Origin: Planctomycetota bacterium
Lineage (GTDB): Bacteria > Planctomycetota > UBA1135 > UBA2386
Length of the DNA stretch: 64,000 nt
Direction: 5' to 3'
Assembly (NCBI GenBank): GCA_965228735.1
Contig: OZ245838.1
Span: 4,704,001-4,768,000 of the forward strand
The notes beneath the pieces are model-generated. The model ran no database searches and was not told where the DNA came from. It was given only the letters and a program-made list of their open reading frames with translations. The translations under genes and the position numbers were made by a program. This document shows positions 29,200-40,900 of this stretch, in pieces. How positions within the stretch are numbered: the stretch's first letter is position 1; the number at the start of each line of letters is the position of its first letter.

Positions 29200-29814
29200 C
29201 TACGGTGCGGAGAAGATGCTGATCGTGCAGAGCGTCAATGCGACAATCATTGACAGGCCTGCCAGGGCGAGAATGCCTGCGCACGCAAGCTGCACGGGCT
29301 TGCGAACATGTTCTAAGGTCTCTCTCGCGTGGACCGCGAAGTCCTCCATCTTGAGATCTGTGAGATCGTCCAAGCTGGTCAGCAGCTGGCTGTAGTTCGC
29401 CTTGTCGGGGAGTTGTCCCAGGCCGCAGAGCTTGCGGAGATGTGCGAGAGTGTTCCTAAGATCGCGCTCACCGATGACATCTTTGTGAGCTCGGAGATCC
29501 TTCTTCCAGAGGTTCCAGAGTTCGCTCGTCCCCCCTTGGTTGGCGGACTCCTTGAGCGCGCGAGTCGCCTTAACGGTAGCTGGCGCAGCGATTGTCACCA
29601 ATGCCGCGTATGCGGCGAATGCTATCGAGGACGCAACAGCAAGTTGAGTCCTGAGCGGAAGGCTCTTGCCGAACAAGGCTAAGCCGTCAGCTAGCAGTGC
29701 GAGTGCGAAGAGTGTTGCGATCGACAACGGGCTAGACAGACGAAGCGCCAGCAGGTGCGACCAGTTGAGCCAAGAGCGAAGGCGGATGGCGAGTTTCGAT
29801 GGCAACTTGGGCAT
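29200..29814 (-). CDS. Hypothetical membrane protein
   Basis: About three hydrophobic segments; abuts the upstream gene. Confidence 0.6.
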   Translation of the reverse strand: MPKLPSKLAIRLRSWLNWSHLLALRLSSPLSIATLFALALLADGLALFGKSLPLRTQLAVASSIAFAAYAALVTIAAPATVKATRALKESANQGGTSELWNLWKKDLRAHKDVIGERDLRNTLAHLRKLCGLGQLPDKANYSQLLTSLDDLTDLKMEDFAVHARETLEHVRKPVQLACAGILALAGLSMIVALTLCTISIFSAP

Positions 29815-30315
29815 TCAGAAGAGCCTGAGGATTCCGTGGCCGGCAACCCCGACCCATAGCACTAGAAACAGCCAGGGCGTCAATCGACCCCAGTTCTTCG
29901 TGGACAGCCCGTCTCGTAGGAAGCTCCGGCGTGGTCGAAAGTAGTCTTCGGTGTCCGGCCGCGCCGTCAGCATCCGCCTCCCTTCGGGAACGACGGAGAG
30001 CTCCAGTCTGCGGATCAGCTCCTCCTTGTTTCTAAGGTGGTAGAGGAGCCGTGCTGCAGACGTGGCCCAGGCGAAGGCGAGGAGCGTCCCAGCACATCCA
30101 ACAGCGAGAACGATGCTCGCAGGAAGTGCATCGAAGAGTCTGCTTTCCTTGCCGCCGCTCAAGAGCGCCGCCATCAAGGCCGCGAACGCGACTAGCCCAG
30201 AGTGAAGGGTTGCGAAGACCCGGAAGACGTTCCAGAAGTGCTGGCTTGCCGAGGACCGAGTCGCGAAAAGAAGCTTGAGCTGCTCAGCAGCACTGATTGT
30301 TTCTTCGGGGTGCAT
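29815..30315 (-). CDS. Small 3-TM membrane protein (defence-effector-like architecture)
   Basis: FW...F..L.SGL, G.LL...W......Y....IRRLE and a C-terminal TM segment. Confidence 0.6.
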   Translation of the reverse strand: MHPEETISAAEQLKLLFATRSSASQHFWNVFRVFATLHSGLVAFAALMAALLSGGKESRLFDALPASIVLAVGCAGTLLAFAWATSAARLLYHLRNKEELIRRLELSVVPEGRRMLTARPDTEDYFRPRRSFLRDGLSTKNWGRLTPWLFLVLWVGVAGHGILRLF

Positions 30316-30702
30316 CGGCTGGGCTGAGTTGTTGTTGCGTTATTGGACGTAGGACACGCTGAGATTGCCGTTGGCGGTCAACACGATCGAGACATGGTCG
30401 TCGCCAGTTGGATCCGAATGCCCCTCTGGTCCAGACTCTTCGTGGTCCCACTCATCGTCGCCCTCGTGATCGCCCCGATCTGTTCGGAAGATGTTGGCTG
30501 CAGCTCTCGGAAGGCGCGGTTCTCTTCAAGCAGGTAAGCGATCAGTCGCGATTGATTCACGGTTGACGAAGCCTGCGAACGTGATCAGAAGCAGCTTTAG
30601 GGGGAGGTCAGCGGCCATCTGGCCGGATCATCGGCATCTGGGTGACCGATGTAACTCTCACTGGCCCAACGCGATCGAGTTTCCGAGTACCACGCGCTCG
30701 CC

Positions 30703-32733
30703 TCAGTTGGCCCGGCTCGCGAGCTCGTTGAACGTCTTGATGAGGTCGAGTCCGACGAAGTAGTACTCGCGGTTGCGGTCGACGCTGAGGTTCCAGCCGT
30801 AGCCGGCCGTCACGAAGCCGTTGAACATCGAGACGTTGAACCCGAGCCCGAGCTCGACGCTGTCGTCGCCTTGATCGAGCCCGGCAACGTGGCCGCCTAC
30901 ACCGAGACCGAGCCCGTTCCAGAACTCGCCGGCAGGCGTCGGATCGCGCAAGTAGTACTGCCAGTTCGCGACGGCCGCGACGTTCGGCTTCCAGCTCTTG
31001 GCATCCGCGGTGCCGGTCTCAGCGCGCGCGAAGATCAGCTCGCCGCTGATCGTGCGATGGAAGCCCGTGAGCTTCGTCGTGGACTTGAAGTTCTCTTCGT
31101 GCAGGGTGCGGGCGCGATCGATCGGCACGTTCTCTTCCGTCTCGAGGAACCGCACGCGCGTCGTGATCTCGTCACCGAGCACGAGACTGGCGGTCGTCAG
31201 GTCGATGATGCCAACTGGCAGGTCGCTGAGTGGCCGTGGGATCGTGGTGGCCTTGTTGTCTTCGAGGATCTGTTCGACGGACTTGCGGTTCTTGGAGTCT
31301 TTTACTCGCTCCAGAAAGGTCGCGACGAACCCCGCAGTCGCAGGGAGCTGCGCGTTGAGCTCCTTGCGGAACTCGGCGAGATCGTCAGGGCTCACGATGC
31401 CCGCTAGCAGCGTCTCGAGACGCTCTTTCAGCTCCTCCGTCAGGCCATCACTGATGGCCGCGCTGAGCTTCTCCTTCGCCGTCTTCAGCGCCGCCAGATT
31501 GGCCTGCCAACTATCGACGACGTCCACAACGGCGGTTCGGATCTTGGCGGTCGCGCCCGACAGCGCGGTCACGACGCCAACGAGATCGGCGCCATCCGCC
31601 TTCTCGAGCTGTTTGATCAACAACTCGACGGCCCCGACCTGGGCTGCCAGCGTATCGATGCTCGTGACGGTGCCGTCGAGCGCCTTCTTGAGCTCGGCTA
31701 TGGCACGCTTGACCTCTTCCTTGCCCTCGAGCTCTTTGAGCTGTTCGAGCTCTTCTAGCCTGGCGATCAGCGTCATCGCCACGGACTTCCACGAGTCGGA
31801 CCCGACAACGAGCTTGGTCTCAATGCCGGTCTTTATCTCGGTCTTGATCTTCTCTGCGGCTTCCTTCAGCCGGACCTTCAGCTGCTCGAACTCACCGCGA
31901 AGAAAAGTCTCGATGCGATCGCGGTTCTCGACGATCTCCTTGATCGAGTCCTTGGCCTTCGTCGCCTGGTCGATCTCCATGCGGAGCTGCTTCTCCTCCG
32001 CGGCGGTCATCTTGAGCCCGTAGCGATCTATCGGCTTACGCTCGCCGGCAGGCAGCGTGTCGTAGTTCTTCACGTGAAGCGCGCGGGCATCGCCCCTCCC
32101 CGGGCTCACACCCGCCTGCACCGTCACGCGGACCTTCTCCGTCTTCTCGGCGCGCGCAGCGGCCTCCGCCGTCAAGCGCTCGAGCTGTTGGCGCAGGAAG
32201 CGAGCTCTGGCCTGTTGCGGATCGTCGCCAGGCACGAAGCCCGGGTAGGTATTGAAGTCGATCTTGTCGATGTCAACGCCCGCGATTCCTAGCGCCTTTA
32301 TCAGTGCTTCCAGCTGATCGTCGAGCTGGACGGCGTTGCTCACGGTCGCTGCCATGCGCTTCTCGATCGCTTTCAACGCGACCGGGTCCGTGAGGTCAAC
32401 CTCGGCGAGATCGACGGCTTGCCGCTGCTTCTCCTGGTCCGCCCAGCTTTGCAGATAGGCGTTGATGGCCTGCCACTCGGGCGTCGCATCGGCCGCTGTC
32501 ACCTCCTCCACCTTGAACGACACGATGACATCCGAGTTCGCGTCGATGACGTTCTTGCCATTGTTGACTGTCTTCAGCCAGTGCGAGCCATCGTGAGCGA
32601 CCTCCTTGACTGAATACGAGACCCCTTCCACCGGCCGCAGGATGGTCTTGTCGCGCACGTTGGAACACGAGGTCCCCAGAACCACGATCGGCAGGACGCC
32701 CATCGCGCCGAGCCCCGATGCGAAGCGTGTCAT
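30703..32733 (-). CDS. Lipoprotein with long coiled-coil and beta-rich C-terminus
   Basis: Lipobox-like VLGTSC; helical middle; C-terminal alternating strands ending YYFVGLDL. Confidence 0.72.
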   Translation of the reverse strand: MTRFASGLGAMGVLPIVVLGTSCSNVRDKTILRPVEGVSYSVKEVAHDGSHWLKTVNNGKNVIDANSDVIVSFKVEEVTAADATPEWQAINAYLQSWADQEKQRQAVDLAEVDLTDPVALKAIEKRMAATVSNAVQLDDQLEALIKALGIAGVDIDKIDFNTYPGFVPGDDPQQARARFLRQQLERLTAEAAARAEKTEKVRVTVQAGVSPGRGDARALHVKNYDTLPAGERKPIDRYGLKMTAAEEKQLRMEIDQATKAKDSIKEIVENRDRIETFLRGEFEQLKVRLKEAAEKIKTEIKTGIETKLVVGSDSWKSVAMTLIARLEELEQLKELEGKEEVKRAIAELKKALDGTVTSIDTLAAQVGAVELLIKQLEKADGADLVGVVTALSGATAKIRTAVVDVVDSWQANLAALKTAKEKLSAAISDGLTEELKERLETLLAGIVSPDDLAEFRKELNAQLPATAGFVATFLERVKDSKNRKSVEQILEDNKATTIPRPLSDLPVGIIDLTTASLVLGDEITTRVRFLETEENVPIDRARTLHEENFKSTTKLTGFHRTISGELIFARAETGTADAKSWKPNVAAVANWQYYLRDPTPAGEFWNGLGLGVGGHVAGLDQGDDSVELGLGFNVSMFNGFVTAGYGWNLSVDRNREYYFVGLDLIKTFNELASRAN

Positions 32734-33077
32734 GGTGCCTCGTTCTGCAGGAGTTCCGCGAAGATGCGGCGCATGGCTCTGGGGCTCTCGGCTTCCGAGA
32801 GCTCGACGAGGCGGGTCGGCGTCCCGCCCAGCCCGAAAGCGACACCGACGGCAGCTCCGCTGACCCAACGGTCCAGCTTGGACACGTCGTTCGCGCGGTA
32901 GATCCACAGCCGCGGCACGCCACCGCCCGTCCCGATCAGCACCTGCGCCGCTTGCCACGCCGTGCTCGACTCTTCTGCCGCGACGACGTAGCCGACATGA
33001 GAGGGATCACCTTCGAGCTTTTCTTGAACGTCGTCCGCCGTAACTGGCGGCAGATCTCCGACGTGTTCGGAAGCCAC
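32730..33077 (-). CDS. Hypothetical protein
   Basis: ATGA overlap with the lipoprotein gene. Confidence 0.55.
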   Translation of the reverse strand: MASEHVGDLPPVTADDVQEKLEGDPSHVGYVVAAEESSTAWQAAQVLIGTGGGVPRLWIYRANDVSKLDRWVSGAAVGVAFGLGGTPTRLVELSEAESPRAMRRIFAELLQNEAP

Positions 33078-33670
33078 TGCAACTCTCCTATCGTAACAGC
33101 GGGAGAATGCCCGCCATCGCTATCATAACCCCCGCACGACCGCCGCGTCAACGCGGCGGCTTCGTCATCAGCTCGTCGAGAACAGCGTCACGGTTGGCTC
33201 CGCGGAACGATGTCGCCGACTACGACTTCGTCACGATGGCAGACTTCATCGAGGAGTGCGACGTCGTAGGGTCGAATTGCGCAGAAACGGGCCCACCGGC
33301 CCGCAGCGAATGGCGTGCGACGCTCATGACTCTCCTAGGTTGTGACGACTCCGCGACGAACGCGGGCACCTCCCACGGTCGGAGAGGCTACACCGACCGG
33401 GGTCGCTGGGGGAACCCCCTCGCCAGGAAGAGGTCGCCTACGTGCCGACGAGCCGCTGAGCTGAGATCCACCCCGAGCCCACGATTGCCGCGGCAGCCCA
33501 GAATCCGAGTCCGTAGAGAAGCCCGTCGATCAGGCTGAGGCGGACTCTGTAGCCCACAGGTTGCTTCGTGTGTTGCATCGTTGCTCCCAGCATCCAGTGC
33601 TGTGGGAGGGGGATGCGCTGGCAGGGCTGCGGGGGCAGTTAAGTGTGCCGAGGGGAACTAGGGAAAAAAG

Positions 33671-33692
33671 GGGAAGAAGGAGAGTCGAGTTT
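33671..33692 (+). repeat. 22-bp intergenic repeat, copy 2
   Basis: Identical to 23946-23967. Confidence 0.85.
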
Positions 33693-33791
33693 TACGTCCC
33701 TCGAGAGGACAACCCCGGCACGTGTGTGCCCTTCAGCTAGGGCAGGCCTTCTCGGCGCGCAAGCCCCCGCCGCGCGTCGGAGCGCCGAGGC

Positions 33792-34142
33792 TCAGGCGAG
33801 CGCGTCCGCCACGATCGCATGCACGCGTTCCAGTGTCTTGCGCATCCGTTCCCGGTCGCGTTCGACCTGCTGCACTGCAACAAGCACGTTTGCCGTAGAG
33901 GTCGGTGACGTGACCTTCGAGCGTCGTGCCTTCGATCCCTTCGCTGCCTTCTTGCGCTTGCCGGCGCCGCGCACTTGGTAGACCAGCGGCAGCGAGCAGC
34001 CGACCTTCTTCGCGATGTCGACCGGCGCCACTCCGGTTTTCAGCAGCGCGCGGATCTGATCCGACTTCGAGTTCGGGTTTTTTGCCGCCGTCTTGCGTTG
34101 AGAGGTCTGCTTCTTCGCGGCCGTCTTCTTTCGTGTCGCCAT
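33792..34142 (-). CDS. Small basic HTH / histone-like DNA-binding protein
   Basis: Lys-rich N-terminus; KSDQIRALLKTG....DIAKKVGCS..LVY. Confidence 0.75.
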   Translation of the reverse strand: MATRKKTAAKKQTSQRKTAAKNPNSKSDQIRALLKTGVAPVDIAKKVGCSLPLVYQVRGAGKRKKAAKGSKARRSKVTSPTSTANVLVAVQQVERDRERMRKTLERVHAIVADALA

Positions 34143-34379
34143 CGTAGTTGGATTCTTCGCGCGGGCTTGTGGCGGCGCGACAGTTCTGTTCGGAAATCGG
34201 TGACCGAAATCCGGAGAGTAGGTGCCTGCGATTCCGCTAACGCGGTCGCGAGGAGGCGCGGAGGCGGTGGGTTTTTCTGTGACCGTTTATGTCGGGGATG
34301 GAACGCCACTTCGGCCGCACGAGAAGTGGTTCTCGACGAGTGACTGTGAAACGCGCTTATGGAGCTGACGTAGTGGCTC

Positions 34380-34955
34380 GTGAACCCCTTCGAAGGAGCA
34401 GGCCCCCCAAGGATGAATCGAGGCGCAAACGTGCGTGCCCCTGGCACGTGCCCCCCGAGATCTGATGTCGGTGAGTCGTGGAATCGGCTTCACCGTCGAC
34501 TGCTGGCGGCACAACTACGGCGAACGTCTGATCCTAGGGTCGACGTGGAGAACGAAGTCGCCGAGACCGTTGCGGCGGCCTGGGGCCGTTTCGGTGACGA
34601 GCCGTGCGCCAGTGACGTGACCAGATGGTCGCGCAAGGTCTTATCGCGGCGCGTGCTGGCGGCGGACCGGGCACTCCGCGTTCGGGCCGTCACGGATCAC
34701 CGCGTCGAGCGCTGTCTGGGCATGGGGCCAACAGCTGAGCAGTTGGCCGAAGCTCGGGAGTGGATCGAGTCGGCACGAGCGATCCTCGCGGAGGGCGAGC
34801 GACACACCTTCGATCTGATGAGGCAGGGGGTTACCGCGAACTCCGAGCTCGCCCAGATCCAGCGGACGTCAGTGAGATGCGTGGAGAAGTCGAGGCTCAC
34901 GGTCCGGCGGTGCGTGGAGCAGTTGTCGGGCAGTTTTCCTGACTTGTGCGGGTGA
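34380..34955 (+). CDS. Divergent ECF sigma-factor-like protein
   Basis: DVENEVAET..AAW region-2-like; L...ER..F.L...G....ELA region-4-like; directly upstream of the RHS gene. Confidence 0.5.
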   Translation: MNPFEGAGPPRMNRGANVRAPGTCPPRSDVGESWNRLHRRLLAAQLRRTSDPRVDVENEVAETVAAAWGRFGDEPCASDVTRWSRKVLSRRVLAADRALRVRAVTDHRVERCLGMGPTAEQLAEAREWIESARAILAEGERHTFDLMRQGVTANSELAQIQRTSVRCVEKSRLTVRRCVEQLSGSFPDLCG

Positions 34956-34982
34956 AGGGCGTCTCGGCCCTTTACCTAGTTG

Positions 34983-37900
34983 ATGACCACGAACCTGATC
35001 GCAGTTCGCTCGCCGTCGGCTCGCGTCGATTCCTGCTCAAGCAACGGGTCTGCCAGTCGCCGGGAATCTGCCCCGCTCTCAGGCTGGGCCCGACGCGCCG
35101 CGCTCTTCACGCTTGGGTGCATCCTGTTGGCGATCAGCGCCCCCGCTCAAGGCTTCTACATGGGTCAGGGCAATCGATGGGACCAAGGCACGTCCGCCTC
35201 GCAAGAGGCCCCCGACGAGACCGGCGCGGACGATCCCTGCCCGCCGAGCGGTGGCTCCACAGTCGACGTGAATGGCGATCCGGAGATCAATGATGGCCGA
35301 GAAGGCCGGACCATATTCGCGGGATCCGAACCGCAGTACGAACTCTACTTTCCGCGAATCCTCCCTGATGGGCCGGTCCATTTGGACGTGGTCGATCCGT
35401 GCCCTGGAGGTGGGGATGAGTGCCCCGGTGGTTGCGGAGCCTGTATCGAGGCGCCCGTTGGGGAAGCCGAGGGTGGCGCGCCTACGCCGACTTGGAGCCT
35501 CATGGTTCATGCGCCGGGAACCTCGAACCCCGCGAGCTCGCCGCACACGACCATCGGATACAAAGCGGCCGAAGGCGTATTCTATCATTTCCCGCATGAC
35601 GCAGGCGTGGCGCCGACCTCGTTTGAGCGGCGGTATGTGGATGGAACGGTCGAGAAGTTCGAACATGTTCACACATTCGGCAACGGCGACCGTCGCTTTC
35701 GACCGACCGAGCGTATCGACCCGTACGACAACCGCACCGTGTGGGAGTACAACGGCCCCGACGGCCGCGTGTCGCGTGTCTTCTTCCCGGACGGTGTCGA
35801 CCAGGTATGGGATTACTCGCCTAGCTGGATCGACGACCCCAACACGCAAGACGTCGAAGGCTGGTCGTCGGTGTATTACGCTGGCATCGAAGTGCGCTAC
35901 GTCGACCGGCTGAACGGCGACCAGGACCTCGGCCGAACAGAGTATCGCTTGTTCAAGAAGCGCACCGACGCGCAGGGCAACCTCGTTGGCAACACCCGCC
36001 CTTACGACGGGGATCCGTTGTATCGAATCTACCGACCGTCGGCAGAATCGCTCGACAGCCTTAGCGCCACTCAGCTGCTAGACGGCACCCTCTACGACGT
36101 TGCAACAGACGATGCTCGATACCCGGTCGTCGAGTTCGAGCACCTTTCGGGTGAAAGCTATATCACGAAGATCAGCCGCTTTACGGCCGATGGCGTGTTG
36201 CCGACCTCCAGCACGACTACGCCGCAGGAGATCGTGTCGTACACCTACGTCACGGTCGGTGCGCGCATGCGGGTGCTCAAGGAAACGCAGGCTCTCACAG
36301 GGCGCCAGTACGACTTTGTCTACGAGGTTGATGTCGACAGCAACAACCGGGTTCAGCGGGTGATACGAACCGACCACGATGGCGTTGAGGTGGATTGGAC
36401 GCTCGACGACTACAACCGTGTGCTGACGATCAAGACCACGCCCCCAAGCAGCAAGCTACCGCGCGCCTCGGACCCGGACAGTGGTGGATTCGATGCGCCG
36501 GCGAATATGACGCGGACGTTCACCTACTCGGGTTGTAGTCAGTGCAGCGGCAAACCATCGACCATCGAAGACCAGCCGAGCGGCCGACGTTGGGAATACG
36601 ACTATGACTTAGTGACCGGCCTGCTCGAGGAGAGTCGAGTCCCGGATCCTAGTGACGGAGTCGGTTTCGCAGTCACGAAGTTCACGTGGGTCCCCTCCAC
36701 TTCGGGCGACTTCTACGGCCAGTATCGACTGAGCAGCGTCGAGAGCGCCGACAACAAGATCACCACGTATGCCTACGTCGACACGGCACGCGTGGATGCG
36801 AGCTGGGGCGTCAAGGCGTCAGAGATGACTGTGAGCTCGCCGCCGACGACGATCGGTGGCACCACGGGCACTGTCGTGATCGAGCGTGAGACCAAGTTCA
36901 ACACCAGCTCTCCCCCGCTTGATCAAACGAATCAGCAGGAGGGACTCGTTGGCCAGGTGTCCGAGGAGACAGATGCGGACGGTGTTACGACTGCATTCAC
37001 CTATGATGCCCGCGGTCGACTGACGACCATCCAACGGCAGGGCGCGACGGAGACGGTTACTGCGACCACAGCCTTCAGTCTGCTCGGCGAGCTCTTGGAG
37101 ATGCGCCGTCGCGTTGGCTCGACGCTGCAGCTCGTGGAGAACTACACCTACGACGCCGCCGGGCAGCTGAAGACCAAGACATATACCGTCAACGGCCAAC
37201 CGCACGAGGAGCGTTTCTTCTACGACAGCTTCGGTAATCTCGTCGTGCACCAGACGAAGAACCGCACGCACGCCGGCCTCGCCCCGAACGACTTCGGGCC
37301 GTCGCCTCGGACCGACGCCGCGCGCGACTGGCTCCGCAACGAGTGGCACTACGAAGGCAACCGGCTGCGCGTGGCGTTCCTCGATCGGCGCGCGTTGGAT
37401 CGTGATGCGGATACACAGGATCCGGTCGCCGATGACCCCGACGCGAGGTTCGCGCGGGTGGACTACACCTGGAGCGCCGACGGTTGGCTGCTTCAGGTTG
37501 CGCACGCGAACGGGTCGGTGACGGCTCACGAATATGACGGTTATGGTGCGCTCTACCGGACCGATCGGCGTGACGGCGCAAGCTCCGTTAGTATGTTGGT
37601 GGGCAAGTTCTTCGTGAACGATGACCTGGAGGTCGTCAAGGAGTATCGGAGCACGGGCAGTGAAGACCTTGCGACGCTCCTGACTCGCAATGCGGCCGGC
37701 TTCGTCGAGGAGGTGCTCGAGCCCGAAGTCACGGCCCCAATCACGGGGATGGCCGTGCCCGCGTTCGCGAAGCGCGAGTTCGACTGGGACGTCATGGGCC
37801 GCCTGGTCGAAGAGCGAGTTCGTGATGGAGCGTCGCCGCATGCGCTGCGTGCAACCCGCTCGACGACCTATGACGAGATCGGTCGCCCTTACATCCGGAC

Positions 37901-40900
37901 GATTGTCGACCCCGGTGGAGCAACGCAGACGTTCACCACGCAGTGGACGGGTGGCGGCCAGCCGACGCTCACCACGGGGCCGGGCGGCCGAGCCGTGGAG
38001 CGGACGTTCGACGATCTTGGCCGGCTAAAGCGTATCTACCGCGGCGGTTCGGGAGCGAATCGCGACTTCGTGGAGTTCTTCTACGCGGCCGGGACGGACC
38101 TCGTCGACCGCACGGAACACAACGACTGGGACGACCTGAAGTCGGGCGGCGCCGGCCACGTTACGCGGCAGAAGGTCTACGAGCGCGACGCGCTCGGGCG
38201 CGTGTTGACCCTGCGAGATGGTCCGACTGGCAACTCGCTCGACCATGAGTTCGAGTATTACTCTACAGGCTTCACGGAGAGCTACACTGACCCCGCGGGC
38301 AAGGTCCATAAGTACCTCCCCGACGCCATGGGCCGCATTCGCGAGCATTCCCTCCCCGCGACGGTCGCCGCGCCGATTTGGAACGAGGTGCGCTATCTTG
38401 ACTGGACGGGCGGCTCGGACAGCTCCGAGGTCGTGCGCACCGATGGCCGCGGCCGCGTGACTCGCATCATCCGGGACTTTGCTGGTCGCGTCACTGTGGT
38501 GATGAATCCCGGGGCGTCCACCGAGCCAACTGCGGCGAGTCCGTCGCAGCCGTTCTCGCAGTTCTTCGAGTATGACGGCGCGTCGCGCGTGGTCGGTGTT
38601 CACCAGGGCGACGACGCGCACCTGCAGCTCGACCGCGACGGGATGGGGCGTCTGATCGTTCGCACGGTGACTGCCGGCGATTCGGATTACGTGTCGGCCT
38701 TCTACGGCCGGGACATCCTGGGGCGCGACGCGCTTGGGCAGGTCGTCCATAGCTACTCGCGCTTCGGCCTGAACGGCGTCGCCGGCCAGTATCTGGAGCA
38801 AGACTACGAGCGCGACGCTCTCGGGCGCACACACCGCGAATCGTTCCGCTACGAGGCGCCGCCCTGGGGCCCGAGCAACTGGGTCGACATCGAGAGCACG
38901 TTCTCGGGCGGCGACTGGTTCCGGACGGGCGTCGCCTACCGCAATAACCTCGGCAGCGGCACGGATGACCTCGAGCTCTACACCGCTCCAGACTCCGTCG
39001 GGCGACTCGCTACGTTGCAGTGGAGCTCGGACGGCGGCACCACAGTGAGGTCGCTCGCTGCCTACGTGCACCACGGCTGGCGGATCCGCCAGCGCACGAC
39101 GCACTGGGACGCCGGGACGAACGACAACTTCGACACGACCTACAGTTACGACGACTACGGTCGCATGGACGAGATCGAGCAATCGTTTAGCACAGGGGCG
39201 AACGACGCGGACGTCGCCTTCAGCTACGATGTCGCAAGCAACCTGATCAGCGAGGTCTACCAGAAGCAGGATGGCAGCGATGGCGACCGCTTTGAATACG
39301 ACGAGCACCACCGTCTCGTGGATGCGTGGCTCGGAGCTGACAGCACGGAGCTTGCCAATCCTGGGACTGGGACGTTCGTTCGTCGCCTGACCTACGGGTT
39401 GGACGCCGCGAACAACCGTTCGCAGGTCGACGACTACCTGAGCTCGCCCGGGACCACGACGACCACGACCTACGCCGTGGACGCGGACCCGCCGACGGTT
39501 TCGAACCCAGACAACCGCTACAACGCGGTCGGTGGCGTCACGTTCACCTACGACGAGCGTGGCAACACCACGTTCGACGGAAACCTCTACTACGTCTACG
39601 ACGCGCTGAATCGTCTGTCGGAGGTCTACCTCCTGGTCAGCGATGACACGACGGAGAGTTCGTCGGCAATGTCCGGAGGCTCGACGTCCCTGACCACCAT
39701 GTCGTCGTTGCGGCGACTGGAAGTGGCGTCGGGTCCATTCGTGATTCAGAACCAGCAGGTCCTGGCGGATGCTCGCGAGCGGATGCTGAGCGGTGTGCCT
39801 GGCGGTGCCGGCGGAATTCTGTGGCGGAGCCGTGAGCCGCTGTTCCGTGAGTATCTGAAGGAGTCGATTCCGTCGCAGGGCGCATGGCGCACGAGCGGGG
39901 GCTCGTCAACGACGTCGACCTCCAGCCTTGGCGGAGCCGAGTCCGCGACGCTCCATTTGGTCGCGGTCTACCAGTACGATCCCTCCAACCGCCGGGTTGC
40001 GCGGCTGCTGATGCCTTCACCGGATGGGGAGCCGGGTCAGTACTTCTTCTATGCCTGGGATGGCTGGCATGAAGCCGAGGAGCTGACGTCAAACCTGCAG
40101 AGCACGCAGGTCGTGCCCGAGCGCCAGTTCGCATGGGGCGAGCAGCTCGACGAACTGGTTGCGTATCGAATCCGGCAGTCGGGTTCGGGGTTTGCGGAGT
40201 ACTTTGTCGCGGAGGGTGGTGCGCACTGTCCTTCGCGGCTGCTCGATGACTCGGGGAGCGTCGTCGAAATCCAGGAGTATGGGCCTTACGGCGCGGTGTG
40301 GCACTTCTCGGGAGCGGGAGTGCCGAGGTCCGGATCAGATGCTACAGTCGGCAACGTCTTCGGATGGAAGATGATGCGGATCGATGGCGAGACAGGTCTC
40401 GGTTACAGGCGAAACAGATTCTACTCCACGAGTACGGGCCGATTCATGTCCGTCGACCCTTCCGGTATTTGGTGGGATGCTCACGGATTAGGTAATGGTT
40501 ATGTGTACGCGGGTAGCCGGCCGTTGACACATAACGATAGGATGGGATTGCAGGCGGATCCCGGTGCGCAACCGGACTTTCGATCCTTGCTCCTCGATCC
40601 ACTGCGAGACTCACTATCTGATGCCGCAAAACGGGAAGCGAAGGACAGTCTCTTGAAGCCAATCGGCGACCGCGACTACGGAGATGTGCGTTGGCCTGAC
40701 CTGGGGCGGATCCAGACGGACTTCAGCAGAAACTTGCGCCGTGCTCTGGAGGAGGCTGGCAGTGACTATAGGTGTCCCCCCTTTGGCAGTGATATCGGCG
40801 GGTATGATGACGATCCCTACGACCCCTGGGGGTCAAAGATCATTAGTGGAACGCTCGCGAAATGGCTTAGTGACTATCGCGGAGACTCTTGGAGGTTGAG

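Noticed and set aside
36819..39311. Long minus-strand ORFs within the RHS gene (and similar shadows at 4422-5423, 30998-32023 and 62102-63469)
   Set aside because: Antisense artefacts of GC-rich coding sequence with no recognisable motifs.
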